Positions 13,701 through 26,390 of a stretch of DNA of 64,000 bases are shown piece after piece. Origin of the DNA: Eledone cirrhosa (lineage: Eukaryota); the NCBI GenBank assembly GCA_964016885.1, contig OZ024751.1:44454001-44518000 (forward strand), given 5' to 3'. The notes below the pieces were generated by a model, which was given only the letters and a program-made list of their open reading frames with translations, searched no databases and had not been told where the DNA came from. Numbering within the stretch: the first letter of the stretch is position 1; each line of letters starts with the position of its first letter. The position numbers and the translations under genes were made by a program.

Positions 13701-15372
13701 AGTGGTGGTGGAGGTGGTGGTTGTTGCTAGTGGCGGTGGAGGTGGTGGTTGTTGGTAGTGGCGGTGGAGGTGGTGGTTGTTGGTAGTGGTGGTGGAGGTG
13801 GTGGTTGTTGGTAGTGGAGGTGGAGGTGGTGGTTGTTGCTAGTGGTGGTGGGGGTGGTGGTTGTTGGTAGTGGTGGTGGAGGTGGTGGTTGTTGGTAGTG
13901 GCGGTGGAGGTGGTGGTTGTTGCTAGTGGCGGTGGAGGTGGTGGTTGTTGGTAGTGGTGGTGGAGGTGGTGGTTGTTGGTAGTGGTGGTGGAGGTGGTGG
14001 TTGTTGCTAGTGGCGGTGGAGGTGGTGGTTGTTGGTAGTGGTGGTGGAGGTGGTGGTTGTTGCTAGTGGCGGTGGAGGTGGTGGTTGTTGGTAGTGGTGG
14101 TGGAGGTGGTGGTTGTTGCTAGTGGCGGTGGAGGTGGTGGTTGTTGGTAGTGGTGGTGGAGGTGGTGGTTGTTGGTAGTGGTGGTGGAGTTGGTGGTTGT
14201 TGCTAGTGGTGGTGGGGGTGGTGGTTGTTAGTAGTCGTGGTGGAGGTGGTGGTTGTTGGTAGTGGCGGTGGAGGTGGTGGTTGTTGGTAGTGGTGGTGGG
14301 GGTGGTGGTTGTTGGTAGTGGTGGTGGAGGTGGTGGTTGTTAGTAGTGGTGGTGGGGGTGGTGGTTGTTGGTAGTGGTGGTGGAGGTGGTGGTTGTTAGT
14401 AGTGGTGGTGGGGGTGGTGGTTGTTGGTAGTGGTGGTGGAGGTGGTGGTTGTTGGTAGTGGTGGTGGAGGTGGTGGTTGTTGGTGGTGGTGGTGGAGGCG
14501 ATGGTTGTTGGTAGTGGCGCTGGAGGTGGTGGTTGTTAGTAGTGGTGGTGGGGGTGGTGGTTGTTGGTAGTGGTGGTGGAGGTGGTGGTTGTTGGTAGTG
14601 GTGGTGGAGGTGGTGGTTGTTGGTGGTGGTGGTGGAGGTGATGGTTGTTGGTAGTGGCGCTGGAGGTGGTGGTTGTTAGTAGTGGTGGTGGGGGTGGTGG
14701 TTGTTGGTAGTGGTGGTGGAGGTGGTGGTTGTTGGTAGTGGTGGTGGAGGTGGTGGTTGTTGGTAGTGGTGGTGGAGGTGGTGGTTGGTAGTGGTGGTGG
14801 AGGTGGTGGTTGTTGGTAGTGGTGGTGGAGGTGGTGGTTGTTGGTAGTGGTGGTGGAGGTGGTGGTTCGTAGTGGTGGTGGAGGTGGTGGTTGTTGGTAG
14901 TGGTGGTGGAGGTGGTGGTTGTTGGTAGTGGTGGTGGGGGTGGTGCTTGTTGGTAGTGGTGGTGGAGGTGGTGGTTGTTGGTAGTGGTGGTGGAGGTGGT
15001 GGTTGTTGGTAGTGGTGGTGGAGGTGGTGGTTGTTGGTAGTGGTGGTGGAGGTGGTGGTTGGTTGTGGTGGTGGAGGTGGTGGTTGGTAGTGGTGGTGGA
15101 GGTGGTGGTTCGTAGTGGTGGTTGTTGGTAGTGGTGGTGGAGGTGGTGGTTGTTGGTAGTGGTGGTGGAGGTGGTGGTTGTTGGTAGTGGTGGTGGAGGT
15201 GGTGGTTGGTAGTGGTGGTGGAGGTGGTGGTTGGTAGTGGTGGTGGAGGTGGTGGTTGTTGGTAGTGGTGGTGGAGGTGGTGGTTGTTGGTAGTGGTGGT
15301 GGAGGTGGTGGTTGTTGGTAGTGGTGGTGGAGGTGGTGATTGTTGGTAGTGGTGGTGGAGGTGGAGGTTGTG
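4735..15372. repeat. ~10.6-kb GGT-rich satellite; 28-bp unit from ~5200, preceded by degenerate (GGT)n
   Basis: Unit GGTAGTGGTGGTGGAGGTGGTGGTTGTT; extreme G/T strand skew; variant units recur ~4.2-4.7 kb apart. Confidence 0.97.
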
Positions 15373-16237
15373 TGGGGGCAATAATTACGTGACGGAAGGT
15401 AACGACTTATATATGATTATTCTGTGATCTAATTAACATTAGACCTAGTTTCTTTTTAATGTGTACTCAATTTTCTTCTACTGTCGTCGCATTAAACTTG
15501 CAATATATGGTGACGCCTCTATAACAACACATAATCAAGACAAAATAAATGAAAGGAGAGCGGAGGGTGGGAGGGAGAGAGAGAGGGAGGAGCGAGAGAG
15601 AGAGTGAGTGAGTGAGTGAGAGAGAGAAAGAAAGAAAACTACAAACAAATTAAAAAGTCAAGCAATAATAAGATAGAAAACTTTTGCGTCCGATTACCTT
15701 CCACCCTAAATCTCATGAAAGTGCTCTTAATTGCTCGGGAATTTAGCTAGAAGGCTTTCATATTCAAAGCAAAGAAAAGAAGTTACAAATGTTCTTTTGT
15801 AAAAGAAAACACAAGAAAAAAGAAAAAGAAAACATAAACAAAAACAAAACAAAACAAATGGCACTGAATCTATTTAATTACATATATTGGTTTCATTTGA
15901 TTAGGTGCATTCACGGTCTGCATTATAGAAATGTGTGAGAAAAGGAAGTTGTGACGTTCATCCGCTCCTTATATTTATGAATATCTTCAGTAAAAATTGC
16001 CAAAAAACGATTAAACGAGTTACGTTCATAGAGTTCAAATCTGTTCATAGAGTTCAAATTTGTGATGTGGACACAAATTTACATCAATGGGTCTGATGAA
16101 AATATAAGGTAGGGCCAAGGGGGACTTTGTCAATAGCTAGAATAATAAAAAAAAAATTAGGGTCTGTGTGAATACAAAATAAAGGTCCAAGAATGGATTC
16201 AAATTTTCTTTCTGTTAATATGCTATATAAGGATATA

Positions 16238-16500
16238 GGGCGGTGGATTGGCAGTATCGGTAGAGGGTCTAACGCCATGCTTTGAAACATAGAGTTACGG
16301 CCCTTTATGATCTGAGTTAAAATTCCATTGTATTGAATAGGCGGCGATTTGGCAGAATCGTTCGAGCGTCGGAGCGGATAGAATGCGCTGCATTAGTCAT
16401 CCTTACGGAGTCGATAAAATAAAGTCACGCATTGGGTCGATTTAATCGACTTTCCCATCCCCTAAAATTGCTGGCCTTGTGCATATATAAGAAACCAAGA
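16238..16500 (+). mobile_element. Composite family-A SINE (two heads, one tail)
   Basis: gggcggtggattggcagtatcggtagagggt at 16238, second head ggcggcgatttggcagaatcg at 16340, tail ggccttgtgc near 16475. Confidence 0.8.
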
Positions 16501-16551
16501 TGCAATATAAGGATATAAGTGAATGTGTGAAAATAACCCTCCTTAGGATAC

Positions 16552-16660
<109 letters not shown>

Positions 16661-17011
16661 GCGTGTGTGTGTGTTGAATTTTAATGTTGATTACGGTGGT
16701 TTTTCTTTTCAATATTGATGTCACAACATACATGCAACATAGATTTATGTCATATCTTTATGATTGATTATCTTTAGTGCGCAGAACAAAAATACTTCGT
16801 GAGAACTTTATGCTTTTGATTTACTCTGACACAATGTCTTTAGAAGTCTTAAATAACATATCGATCCAATAGAGGGCGTTACCTGTATAGTTATTGACGT
16901 CAGGTGTTTGTCAAAGTGTCAAGAAGCAGAGTAATGACTATTGTCTGTTGTGTGTGAGGAAGCAAAATAATGTCCAGTAAGTTTCCTCTTCAATATTTCC
17001 ATTGTATTAAA

Positions 17012-17210
17012 CAGGCGGCGATTTGGCGGAATAGTTAGAGCATCGGAGTCGGATAGAAAGCGCTGTACGATTCATTCTGGCTATTTGCACTCGCTCTCTC
17101 TCTCTTTTTTTTTTCTCTCTCTGAGTTCAGATCAGGCTGAGGGATAACTCTCACTGTTATCCTTTATGTAGGTCTATAAGAAATGTTCCAATTCAGTTCT
17201 GGTGTCGAAT
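17012..17210 (+). mobile_element. Degenerate family-A-related SINE
   Basis: ggcggcgatttggcggaatagttagag head and ctgagttcagatc B-box remnant. Confidence 0.55.
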
Positions 17211-18177
17211 TTTCTCATTTTTTTCTTTCTCACTTCCTCTTCCAATCTCACTATTCTAGAAGGAATCGGTTGTATTCAGATCTGGAGTGGGATAGGGGTC
17301 TCAACCAGATTTAAAGTGCCCATGACAAGCCATACTTCATGACAGAGCTCGACGACTCCCTTATGATTTACGGGTCAATCCCTCCCTCCCTCCCTCCACT
17401 CATACATACATACACTGTATTAAATGCAAAGGGAATACAGTAACATTGTGTGGGTCACTGAATATATTATATATTTATATAAATTTCGATCCAATATAGA
17501 GTATCGATTGAGGACAGAGGACGAAGGATTGGCGGAATTGTTAGAAGATCGGATGAGATGTTTTGTGGCATCGATTGCGACTCATTGTGTGTTCCGAGTT
17601 CAAATCTCCGTGCAGGCCACGTCAGTGGTAGACTTAATCATTCAACCGGTTTAACATCACCACCTGATCCTTGGATGTCGATAGTGAAGTCCAGTACTTT
17701 TACAACAACCATTCGAGTGATATCTCCAGTTTGAGGATATCTTCCGTCTTCTCCCCCTCCCATTATCCCTCTAGCCTTAGAAGCCACGATAATGGTCATG
17801 GGTACTGCTCTTTCTTCCCTGTCAAAAAAAGAAAACATGTGAGGCGCCGGGGTGGGTTAAATTAATGGCTAATCTCTTCAAAGTGTAATAGGAGACGATG
17901 ATAAATAAGGATAATCTCTACCAAAGTAAAAATATTGTAATTACATTAATTGGAAGTATGAAGCTGATAGCAAATGTTTCTTTAGTGGAAGATAAGATAT
18001 CTATTTTGGATATAGACTCGATTTAGTCTAATGTCATTATACAGATATTTAGAGTTTAATTCGAAGGAAGTGACGGTATACGATGTTCCACATTCCTTTC
18101 TGGAGATATAAATTAATATTGGGCCTTGAAACATTAGGTTGCGCTTTTGGTCCGTGTATGAACATAAATACATAATA

Positions 18178-18360
18178 TAATTGTTTCTACTTTTGGCACA
18201 AGGCCAGCAATTACCCAGTGCATTACTGGTACTTTTATTTTATCGACCCCGTAAGGATGAAAGGCAAAGTCAACCTCAGCGGGATTTGAACTCAGATCGT
18301 AAAGGGACGTAACTATGCTGGAAAGCATGGCGTCCGACCCTCTACCGATACTGCCAATCA
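18178..18360 (-). mobile_element. Family-A SINE, near full length
   Basis: Reverse complement of the A-box/B-box/body/tail consensus. Confidence 0.9.
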
Positions 18361-18852
18361 TAAATATATATATGTTGTGTGTGTGTTGTTATGGGTGTAT
18401 ACACATCAATATATCAATATATTTGTATGCGTGTGAGTGTGGTATATACCACCTAAGATCAAGTATACCCCTCTAAATTATCTCTAGCATCCAGAGATTG
18501 TTTGTATCTCTTCAAATATTTTCTCATGATTAATAAATAAAAGAAAAAAATATTGTAAAAATTCACTAGAAATTTAAGTTTTAATTACACGGCTGATAAT
18601 ATACATGTATTCTGATCTGCACAGCTTAAAATTGTCACGTACCTGTAATATACTTAGGGTAGAGATATATTCAATTGAAAATATTACAGTATGTGTGCTA
18701 CATTTCTATATTTTTTACTAATGTCTATCGTTATCGTGGGAGGGGATTAGATGTCAAGTTTGTCGACCTCCGCAAATAACAGCTATTTATTTTGTCCTCC
18801 CCGGAAGGCGGAGAAACAAAACCAGCACAAACGGAAGTTGAACTGACAAAAG

Positions 18853-18885
<33 letters not shown>

Positions 18886-18905
18886 TATAAAACAAATGTG
18901 TCACA

Positions 18906-18981
<76 letters not shown>

Positions 18982-18988
18982 ACACATT

Positions 18989-19054
<66 letters not shown>

Positions 19055-19056
19055 AT

Positions 19057-19177
<121 letters not shown>

Positions 19178-19836
19178 AAGAAAAAACAAATATGTAAAAG
19201 AAATATATAAAGCAACCAAACAAACAAACAAAATCATGCTATTGCTTCTTTCACCTTCATCTGACTTCTAAATTGTACAATAATAAACATTAACGAAGTA
19301 TATAAACACTCCGCTAGGCTATCACAGCAACAACAACAGCAACAACAACAAAAAAAAAACGAGGCCAAGTTGAAAAAAAAAAAAATTGTGTAGCTCCTAT
19401 ATTTAGAAGTGGTTATCAGAGAGTTTCCTTAGGAAGTCAGTGGTGTCTGTGACGAGGTCAGAGGTGAACAAATGATGACTCAGTAAAAAATGACGCTCAA
19501 ACAAAGTCCAGTCCATCCCCCCAAATAGATTTAATAAAAAACAATACTAGATAGAAAGAACAAAAATAAAATGAAGTTTAAAAAGTATAATGACAATAAA
19601 AATAGGAAAATAGAATTAAAAAATAACGAATACACACATATACATAATTACATATACATACAGGTACATAGTTATGAGTTTTTCTCCGTAAAAACATGGG
19701 TTATTAATACAAAATAAAGTAGAACGTATATATTTATTAAAATACATTTGATTATTACGTGAAATTATTAATCACATTGTCTAAGAAATATTATATGGAT
19801 ACGTTTTTGTCTGGACAATTTCTTATCCTTGAATTG

Positions 19837-19877
<41 letters not shown>

Positions 19878-19879
<2 letters not shown>

Positions 19880-22800
19880 ATAGCCTCAAAGGGTTAATCG
19901 GTCGATTTGACCTGGCCGATAGATATCGACTAGATTTTCCGACTGCGCCAACCTGGACTTGGGCAAATCGTAGCGGATCATCTAGGTCGTACCTAGATAG
20001 GTTCTTAGTTAGAATTAAGGATAAGGACTTTTTAAGTTGTCCAAAAATGCGCATGGTTGGCTATTCAGACCACAAATTAGTGACCTGCATGGTCAACCTT
20101 GACAGAACTCATAGACAGGGCCCCGGTTACTGGAAGCTCAACTTGTCCTTGCCGGCAAGTAGAGCCTACAGGAATCGGATTAGTACGTTAGTTAAGGAAC
20201 GGTTGACTGGAGCGATCGTCAACAGCAGGTGGTGGGTATCTCTAAAGAGAGAGATTAGAGTAGTCTCGATAGAATTTAGTAAGGTTCTAGCTGCGGATAG
20301 GAATAGGAAGGAAAGGGAGCTAATAGATAGAGTAGAAGAGGCAATTAGAAGCGGCGACGTGGCCAGAGTGCTAGCGTCGAGAACGGCTTTGAGCCAGTTT
20401 TTCGACGCGAAGCACGAAGGCTGCGTTGTCCGAAGTAAAATACGTGCTCTAGGGAACGAGGGGACCAAAGCTGTTAGCTGGGCCCGCATGACAGAGGCCA
20501 ACAGTGGAACTAAATCCACCATCCGGTCTTTGCGAGACCTGGATGGACGGGCGATTCTTGAGCCTAAGCAGATGTGTGAGGCCTTTCAAAGGCACTTTGC
20601 CCGACTGTTCGGGAGGGGCGGGGAGCCGGTTGGGAACGTGGACTTCGGTCCATACCTCGACGGCCTGCCGCGCCTCTCGGACAGGGAGGCGAAGTCCTGC
20701 GAGGAGCCGATTTCGGCCGCTGAGATAGAGGACGTGCTGAGCCAATGCGGCAAACGCAAATCCCCGGGTCTCGATGGTCTTCCTTACGAATTATATCTAG
20801 CTATGCCGGACTTGTTCCCCGATCTCCTCGAGGCGGTCTACTGCAACTGGCAACAGAACGGGAGAATTCCCTGTACTGTGACCAAGGGCGTAGTCACGCT
20901 AGTGAGGAAGGACGAGAACAAGGGGGACGAAATAAGTAACTTCAGGCCCATAACACTGCTAAATACAGAGTTACAGATTTTGGCCAAGGTGCTAGCAAAG
21001 AGGTTGGCGCTTGTCGTGGGCAACCTGGTGGGAGATGCGCAGACATGCGCTATCCCGTCCAGGTCCATCCATGACAACCTCCACCTCATGCGATACATCA
21101 TAGAGAGGGTTGGGAACGAACCCGGCTTTGGTGGGGATCTGATCAACTTGGATCAATCTAAGGCGTTCGATAGGGTCGACCATGGTTACCTGGATGCGGT
21201 GCTAGCGGCGGCAGGCTTCGGACCCGTTTTCAGGGGCTGGATCACTGCTATGCACAGCAGCCGCATCTGCTCTAGGGTCAAGGTGAACGGCTACCTCTCG
21301 GAGCCGTTCAAAATCGCGCGGTCCATCCGACAAGGGTGCCCTCTCTCCTCCCTTCTGTATGTGTTGACTCTCGAGCCACTACTGCGGAAGTTGGAGTTGT
21401 TGCAGGGCATCCCTTTGGAACCGGGATTGCGGAAAGCGGTGTCGGCCTACGCCGATGACGTGACAGTAATGGTGTCGACAGCCTCCGAAATCGAGGCGGT
21501 CGGCACCTTACTGGAGGAGTACGAAAAGTTCACAGGGGCTAAGCTGAACCGGGACAAGTCGATCGGTTTGCAACTCGGCACGTGGAGGGGCAGACCGATG
21601 CCCTCCGATGGCGTCGTCGGACGCTGGACGGAGGGCCCGGTGAAGTTGCTCGGGGTCTGGTTCGGACCGGACCTCCAGGTGGAGAAAAACTGGGCGGAGG
21701 TTACGAACAGGGTGTTTGCACTGACCCAGAAGTGGGCCAGTTGCAAACTATCCCTGAAAGGTCGGGCGGAGGTGGCGAACACCTACATAGCGTCCGTCAT
21801 CTACTACCGCCTGACCGTAGTGCCCTGCCCAAGGGAAACCCTCACCAAGATGGAGCGCGCGCTCTTCCAATTCCTTTGGAAGAGGCGGGCTCCTATGGTG
21901 AGGAGATCCATCTGCTGTCAACACCCTTCGAAAGGAGGGCTGGGGATGCCGTGGCTAATGATGCGTAAACACGCATTAAGGCTACGGCACCTCTACGTAT
22001 TCCTCACCGGACAACCGGTGTGGGCCTCGTTTGTGAGACGAACCTTTCCCAGACTCGTCTCACTCACCGAGCTGCAATCCTGGGTCAAGCAAAGACCGAG
22101 AAAACTGGGCGCCTGGCACACTGAGTGTGCCCAGGCGCTCACCGCCCTCTGGCAGGCGGATCCGGTTATCAGTGGAGACTCCACCGCAACATTCTATAGA
22201 GGGCTGGTACGCAGCAGGTGCGACGACGCCCTCGGAGAAGCCCTAGACATGGAGGAGGACGAACTGGCCAGCCTGTTCGGTAGGACATTCAGCCCGGGAC
22301 CTATGGACAACTTCCAGAAGTCCCTGGCCTGGCAGTGCTACCGAGGGGCTTTACCCGTTCGAGAAAGGCTCTACAGACACGGGCGCCCGGGTAGGGACCC
22401 CGCCAAAAAGATCTGTCCCAGATGCGTGTGCGACGAGGAAACCGTTGCACACGCATTGGTACACTGCTCGGGCGTAGCCGATCTGTGGGGCTATGTCGAA
22501 CAACTGCTGTCAAGGGTGGGACCGATCCGGTTGACCACCGAGTCTATTGTAATGATCAAGCCGCCTCCCCCCTTCAAAGATGAAGCAGAGGCGGTGTTTC
22601 TGTGCGTAATAGCCATGGCGAAAGAGGTTGTATGGTGGACGCGTCTGAAAGGACTGAGGTCAGACACCTTTCTCTCTGGCCAACAACTGGTCCGTTTCTT
22701 CCGATATCATTTCGGAAGAAGGATCAGGATGGAGAGAGAGGTGCTGCACCCCAGCCGTTTCTATGAAAGATGGGTGAAAGTGGCGAGAATGGCCCGTGTG

Positions 22801-23092
22801 AATGGGCCTTCACTCTACATCAGACTATAGGTGAGGAAGATGAAAGACCAAGGGAGCACCCCTTCTCTGTGCTCCTGAGGAGAAGGGTTGCACACTTTTT
22901 TCGGGGGTGTGTGCGAGCCCCCAAGGCGCCTCCTCTCTATTGAGGATTTTGTTAAAAATTTTATTTTTTGTTATATCTTATTTTATTTTTATATTTTGTT
23001 ATTGCCTCCTCCTTATTGAGGACGCCTTTTTGTGTAAACTCCCCCCTTTGTACTTGTCCCACTTTTGATGCCCTAGTGGCAAATAAAAGAAA
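19878..23092 (+). mobile_element. Tx1-clade non-LTR retrotransposon, 5'-truncated, at an (ATCT)n/(CT)n tract
   Basis: Starts abruptly after (ATCT)n within the endonuclease domain; near-identical to 49055-52271; ends gtggcAAATAAAAGAAA then ttatctatct. Confidence 0.95.
19879..22830 (+). CDS. Truncated ORF2: end of APE endonuclease, reverse transcriptase, CCHC-type zinc finger
   Basis: YLDRF..SDH (APE), GYWKLN, KSPGLDG, FRPITLLN, LDQSKAFDRVDH, RQGCPLS, AYADD, GGLG, CPRC..ETVAHALVHC. The first ~40 aa of the ORF-track entry are flank and microsatellite. Confidence 0.93.
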
Positions 23093-23096
23093 CTTA

Positions 23097-23208
<112 letters not shown>

Positions 23209-23464
23209 CTCTCATACCTGATTGAGCATTATTTTCCTTTTTCCCTTTTCACACCTACGGCTATTTTCTACACACACATTACACACACACACACACACAC
23301 ACACATACACACACATACATATATAAATGTATATATGCACACATTTATGTTTATATATATGAAAACATAGTTTAAATTATGCCAGAATCTGCAAGATGTT
23401 TTGTATATTAATGTATTAATGACAAATTTCTTTCTTTTTCTCGATTGGTTTTATTTATATATAT

Positions 23465-23558
23465 ATTAATCGATTAGTAAACGACAGTAGCCAGATCCTG
23501 GATTTTCAACAAGGAAGAGGACTAACCATCTGTGTTTACGCATCAAATTCAATACACA
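23465..23558. repeat. Left arm of perfect 94-bp inverted repeat (partner 27321-27414)
   Basis: Exact reverse complement of 27321-27414; symmetry continues ~60 nt into the adjacent interrupted (TA)n. Confidence 0.97.
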
Positions 23559-23619
23559 TATATATATATATGTATATATATACGTATGTATATATATATA
23601 TGTATATATGTATATATAT

Positions 23620-25440
23620 ATCGGAATCGAAGATAGGACAGGACCACTCTTACCGGCGGTACCCACTTTCAATCTTAAGGACCACAAGGTAAACTTTGAT
23701 AATGACCCTAAAATTAGATTAATCTGCCCCTCTAAATCAGATATAGGTAAAATAAGCAAATATATCTTAGATAGAATCATCCCCCAAATTAAGGCTAAGG
23801 TTAACATTAAACTCTGGGGGAAGACCCAAGAAGCAATAAGATGGTTTAATAGCATTAGCAATAAGAATAAATCTAAGTTTATCCAGTTTGATATCGATGA
23901 ATATTACTCATCGATATCACCTGAAACTTTGAATAGAGCCATTAAGTTTGCTAAGGATAACTCCGACCTTACAAACGATGAAATTAAGATTATATTAGAA
24001 GCTAGGAAAACTATAGTCAAATTTGAGAACAGTTATTGGGTACGTAAAGATAGACCCTCTAACTTTGACATAACAATGGGCTCTAACGATTCGGCGGAAA
24101 TAACTGATATTGTGGGGTTATTTATCGCCTTTAGACTCCAGGAAAAATTCAGCAATCTCCACGGCGGAATATACCGCGACGATGTTCTCCTCCTAGCTAA
24201 AAACCTTAATAACCAAAAACTAGAAAAACTACGCAAAGATATAAGAAAACTACTACTCGAAATAGGACTAACTATAACATATGAATACAACCTTAAAGTA
24301 GTTAACTTCCTGGATGTCACACTCAATTTAAACTCTGGTTTGATTAAACCGTTTCATAAATTGAATGAAAATCTCAAATACGTAAATGTTGGGTCTAACC
24401 ACCCCATCTCTATAATTAAATCTATCCCTAAAAATATTTCCCTTAGAATCTCGGGTCTATCTTCTAACATACAAGTATTTAAGGAACACGCCGAGTACTA
24501 CGATAACGCCCTTAGTAAAGCAGGCTACCTCAACAAAATAGAGTACATAGATGGGAACAATCAAAACACCCAAAATAAATCCCACATAGGTAGATATAAT
24601 AACACAACACCAAACCACACTTACTACCATAGTATGCACACCAGTAAACCAACAAACAAAACTAATAGAAAGCGATGCAAAGAGTACTTATGGTATAACC
24701 CCGAATACAATAGCTCCATTAGTACAAATTTACCAGTACTCTTCTTTAAAATAATTAAAAGACATTTTCCCACATCACACAAATACCACAAAATCCTAAA
24801 CCCTACCACTATAAGACTGTCATACTCTACAGCGTTAAACCTTGAACAACACATAAAAAAGATCAATACTAGAAGGTTAAACGAAAACACTAAGAACTTA
24901 AGTACAAAGAACCCCCAAAAAACAGTAGACAATACACTACAGAACATAAATAAACCACACCTAAGTTCGTCCGCAATACTACTCCAGAGAAAACCCAACG
25001 TACACAACTGTAACTGCACCTATCCTGACAACTGCCCCCTCGGCAATAACTGCCTGGAAAAAAATATTATTTATAAGTGTACCATTAAATCCGGAGGCAA
25101 CGAGTGGTATTACGTGGGATCAACGGCAACATCGTTTAAATCTCGATTGTATAGGCATTCTTACTCAATAAAACACCAGAGCCAAAGAAATGTAACAACT
25201 TTAGCAGAAAAAGCTTGGACGCTCAGGGATAGCAATCAAAAGTTTACCCTAAAATGGGAAAAATTAGCTAAAACCCAGAGCTTTTCCAGGAGCCAAAATT
25301 TCTGCAAATTGTGTAATCTTGAGATTTATTACATAATCACACACAAGAAGAAACTGCTGAATAACAGAATTGAACGAACATTATTCTGCCGTCACAGAAC
25401 TAAAACCCTTTTTTCCCACTACAAGCAGAATATTACATAA
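23620..25440 (+). CDS. Penelope-like element RT + C-terminal GIY-YIG endonuclease, Naiad-like, 5'-truncated but uninterrupted
   Basis: LKDHK..F..RLI.P, FIQFDIDEYY, FDITMGS, GIYRDD, VNFLDV, SNHP; linker CNCx5CPL..C; IIY..YYVG..FKSRL..H; CKLC..E..LLN..CRH. The ATG at 23608 lies in (TA)n flank. Confidence 0.92.
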   Translation: MGIEDRTGPLLPAVPTFNLKDHKVNFDNDPKIRLICPSKSDIGKISKYILDRIIPQIKAKVNIKLWGKTQEAIRWFNSISNKNKSKFIQFDIDEYYSSISPETLNRAIKFAKDNSDLTNDEIKIILEARKTIVKFENSYWVRKDRPSNFDITMGSNDSAEITDIVGLFIAFRLQEKFSNLHGGIYRDDVLLLAKNLNNQKLEKLRKDIRKLLLEIGLTITYEYNLKVVNFLDVTLNLNSGLIKPFHKLNENLKYVNVGSNHPISIIKSIPKNISLRISGLSSNIQVFKEHAEYYDNALSKAGYLNKIEYIDGNNQNTQNKSHIGRYNNTTPNHTYYHSMHTSKPTNKTNRKRCKEYLWYNPEYNSSISTNLPVLFFKIIKRHFPTSHKYHKILNPTTIRLSYSTALNLEQHIKKINTRRLNENTKNLSTKNPQKTVDNTLQNINKPHLSSSAILLQRKPNVHNCNCTYPDNCPLGNNCLEKNIIYKCTIKSGGNEWYYVGSTATSFKSRLYRHSYSIKHQSQRNVTTLAEKAWTLRDSNQKFTLKWEKLAKTQSFSRSQNFCKLCNLEIYYIITHKKKLLNNRIERTLFCRHRTKTLFSHYKQNIT

Positions 25441-25554
25441 AAGAGGGACATCCCCCAACTATATAAACCTTAATCTAGTTAGAAAAAAATATAAAAACAA
25501 TCTCTTCTCAACATATATTAATAACCTTAAATTACCATACTAATAATGAAAAGA

Positions 25555-25612
25555 TATGCTGATGAGAATAGGTACAAATATGCGATAATGAATGTGTCTA
25601 AAAACGTCCATA
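25555..25612 (+). ncRNA. Degenerate hammerhead motif in the PLE 3' UTR
   Basis: tatg-CTGATGA-gaa[taggtaca..tgtgtcta]-AAAAC-GTC|cata; helices I and II pair but GAAA reads AAAA. Confidence 0.55.
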
Positions 25613-25711
25613 AGTATGTATATATATGTGAAAATGTATATAAATAAGTAAATATATATATATGTTTGATGTGTATAGTTAGATGTAAGTGTATTCATGT
25701 ATTAAAGTGCT

Positions 25712-25744
<33 letters not shown>

Positions 25745-25767
25745 ATATGTGTGTATATGTGTATGTG

Positions 25768-25798
<31 letters not shown>

Positions 25799-26390
25799 GT
25801 ATATGTATATATGTATATATATATATGTGTATGTATGTATGTGTATATGGATGTGTATGTATGTGTATGTGTGTACACATGGACTAGAGTATGTATGTAT
25901 ATATGTGTGTGTCTATACGTGTGTATATATAAAGATAAGTTGAGTATGAAAATGTATACACATGAGCGCGTATGTATGTACATGAATACATGTGTGTATA
26001 TATATGTGTATGCATGTGTATATATATGTAAGTATGAATATGTGAATTGTGAGTATATGTATTTTGTAGAGGTGTGCAAATATATTTGTGTGTGAATGCG
26101 TGGGTGAAAGAATACGTACACTTGAAAGAAAAATTTAAGTCTGAATGTTAAGTGCAAACACAAAACCAACCACGCATATCTTTACTATCTCTAATCCTTC
26201 TATAGATTTAGAAAAATAACCAATAATATATTCTATAAAAAATGTCAAAACAACAGATGGGAATCTAATTAATCACTGCCACCAAGAATTCTCACTGCTA
26301 TCGAAAAACCACTCCTTCAACTATTCTTCTAACAACTTCACCCCTTCCTCCTAATATTCTCTATAAAAACTAAATAGGTCCTCAGTAATA

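Noticed and set aside
15984-16110. CTGAAGA (minus) and CTGATGA (plus) heptamers; also those at ~22875, 26380, 43143 and 46051
   Set aside because: No correctly placed GAAA and UH with pairing helices
17640-17820. Minus-strand GRGRRR..W peptide suggesting a decayed RTE 3' end
   Set aside because: Needs several frameshifts; similarity too weak to call
19869-22513. Short antisense and alternate-frame ORFs inside the LINEs (also 49022-51928)
   Set aside because: Shadow ORFs of GC-rich coding sequence; repeated only because the element is duplicated
23620-25440. Selenoprotein-type Naiad element
   Set aside because: No in-frame TGA in the visible ORF; the cysteine motifs use ordinary codons
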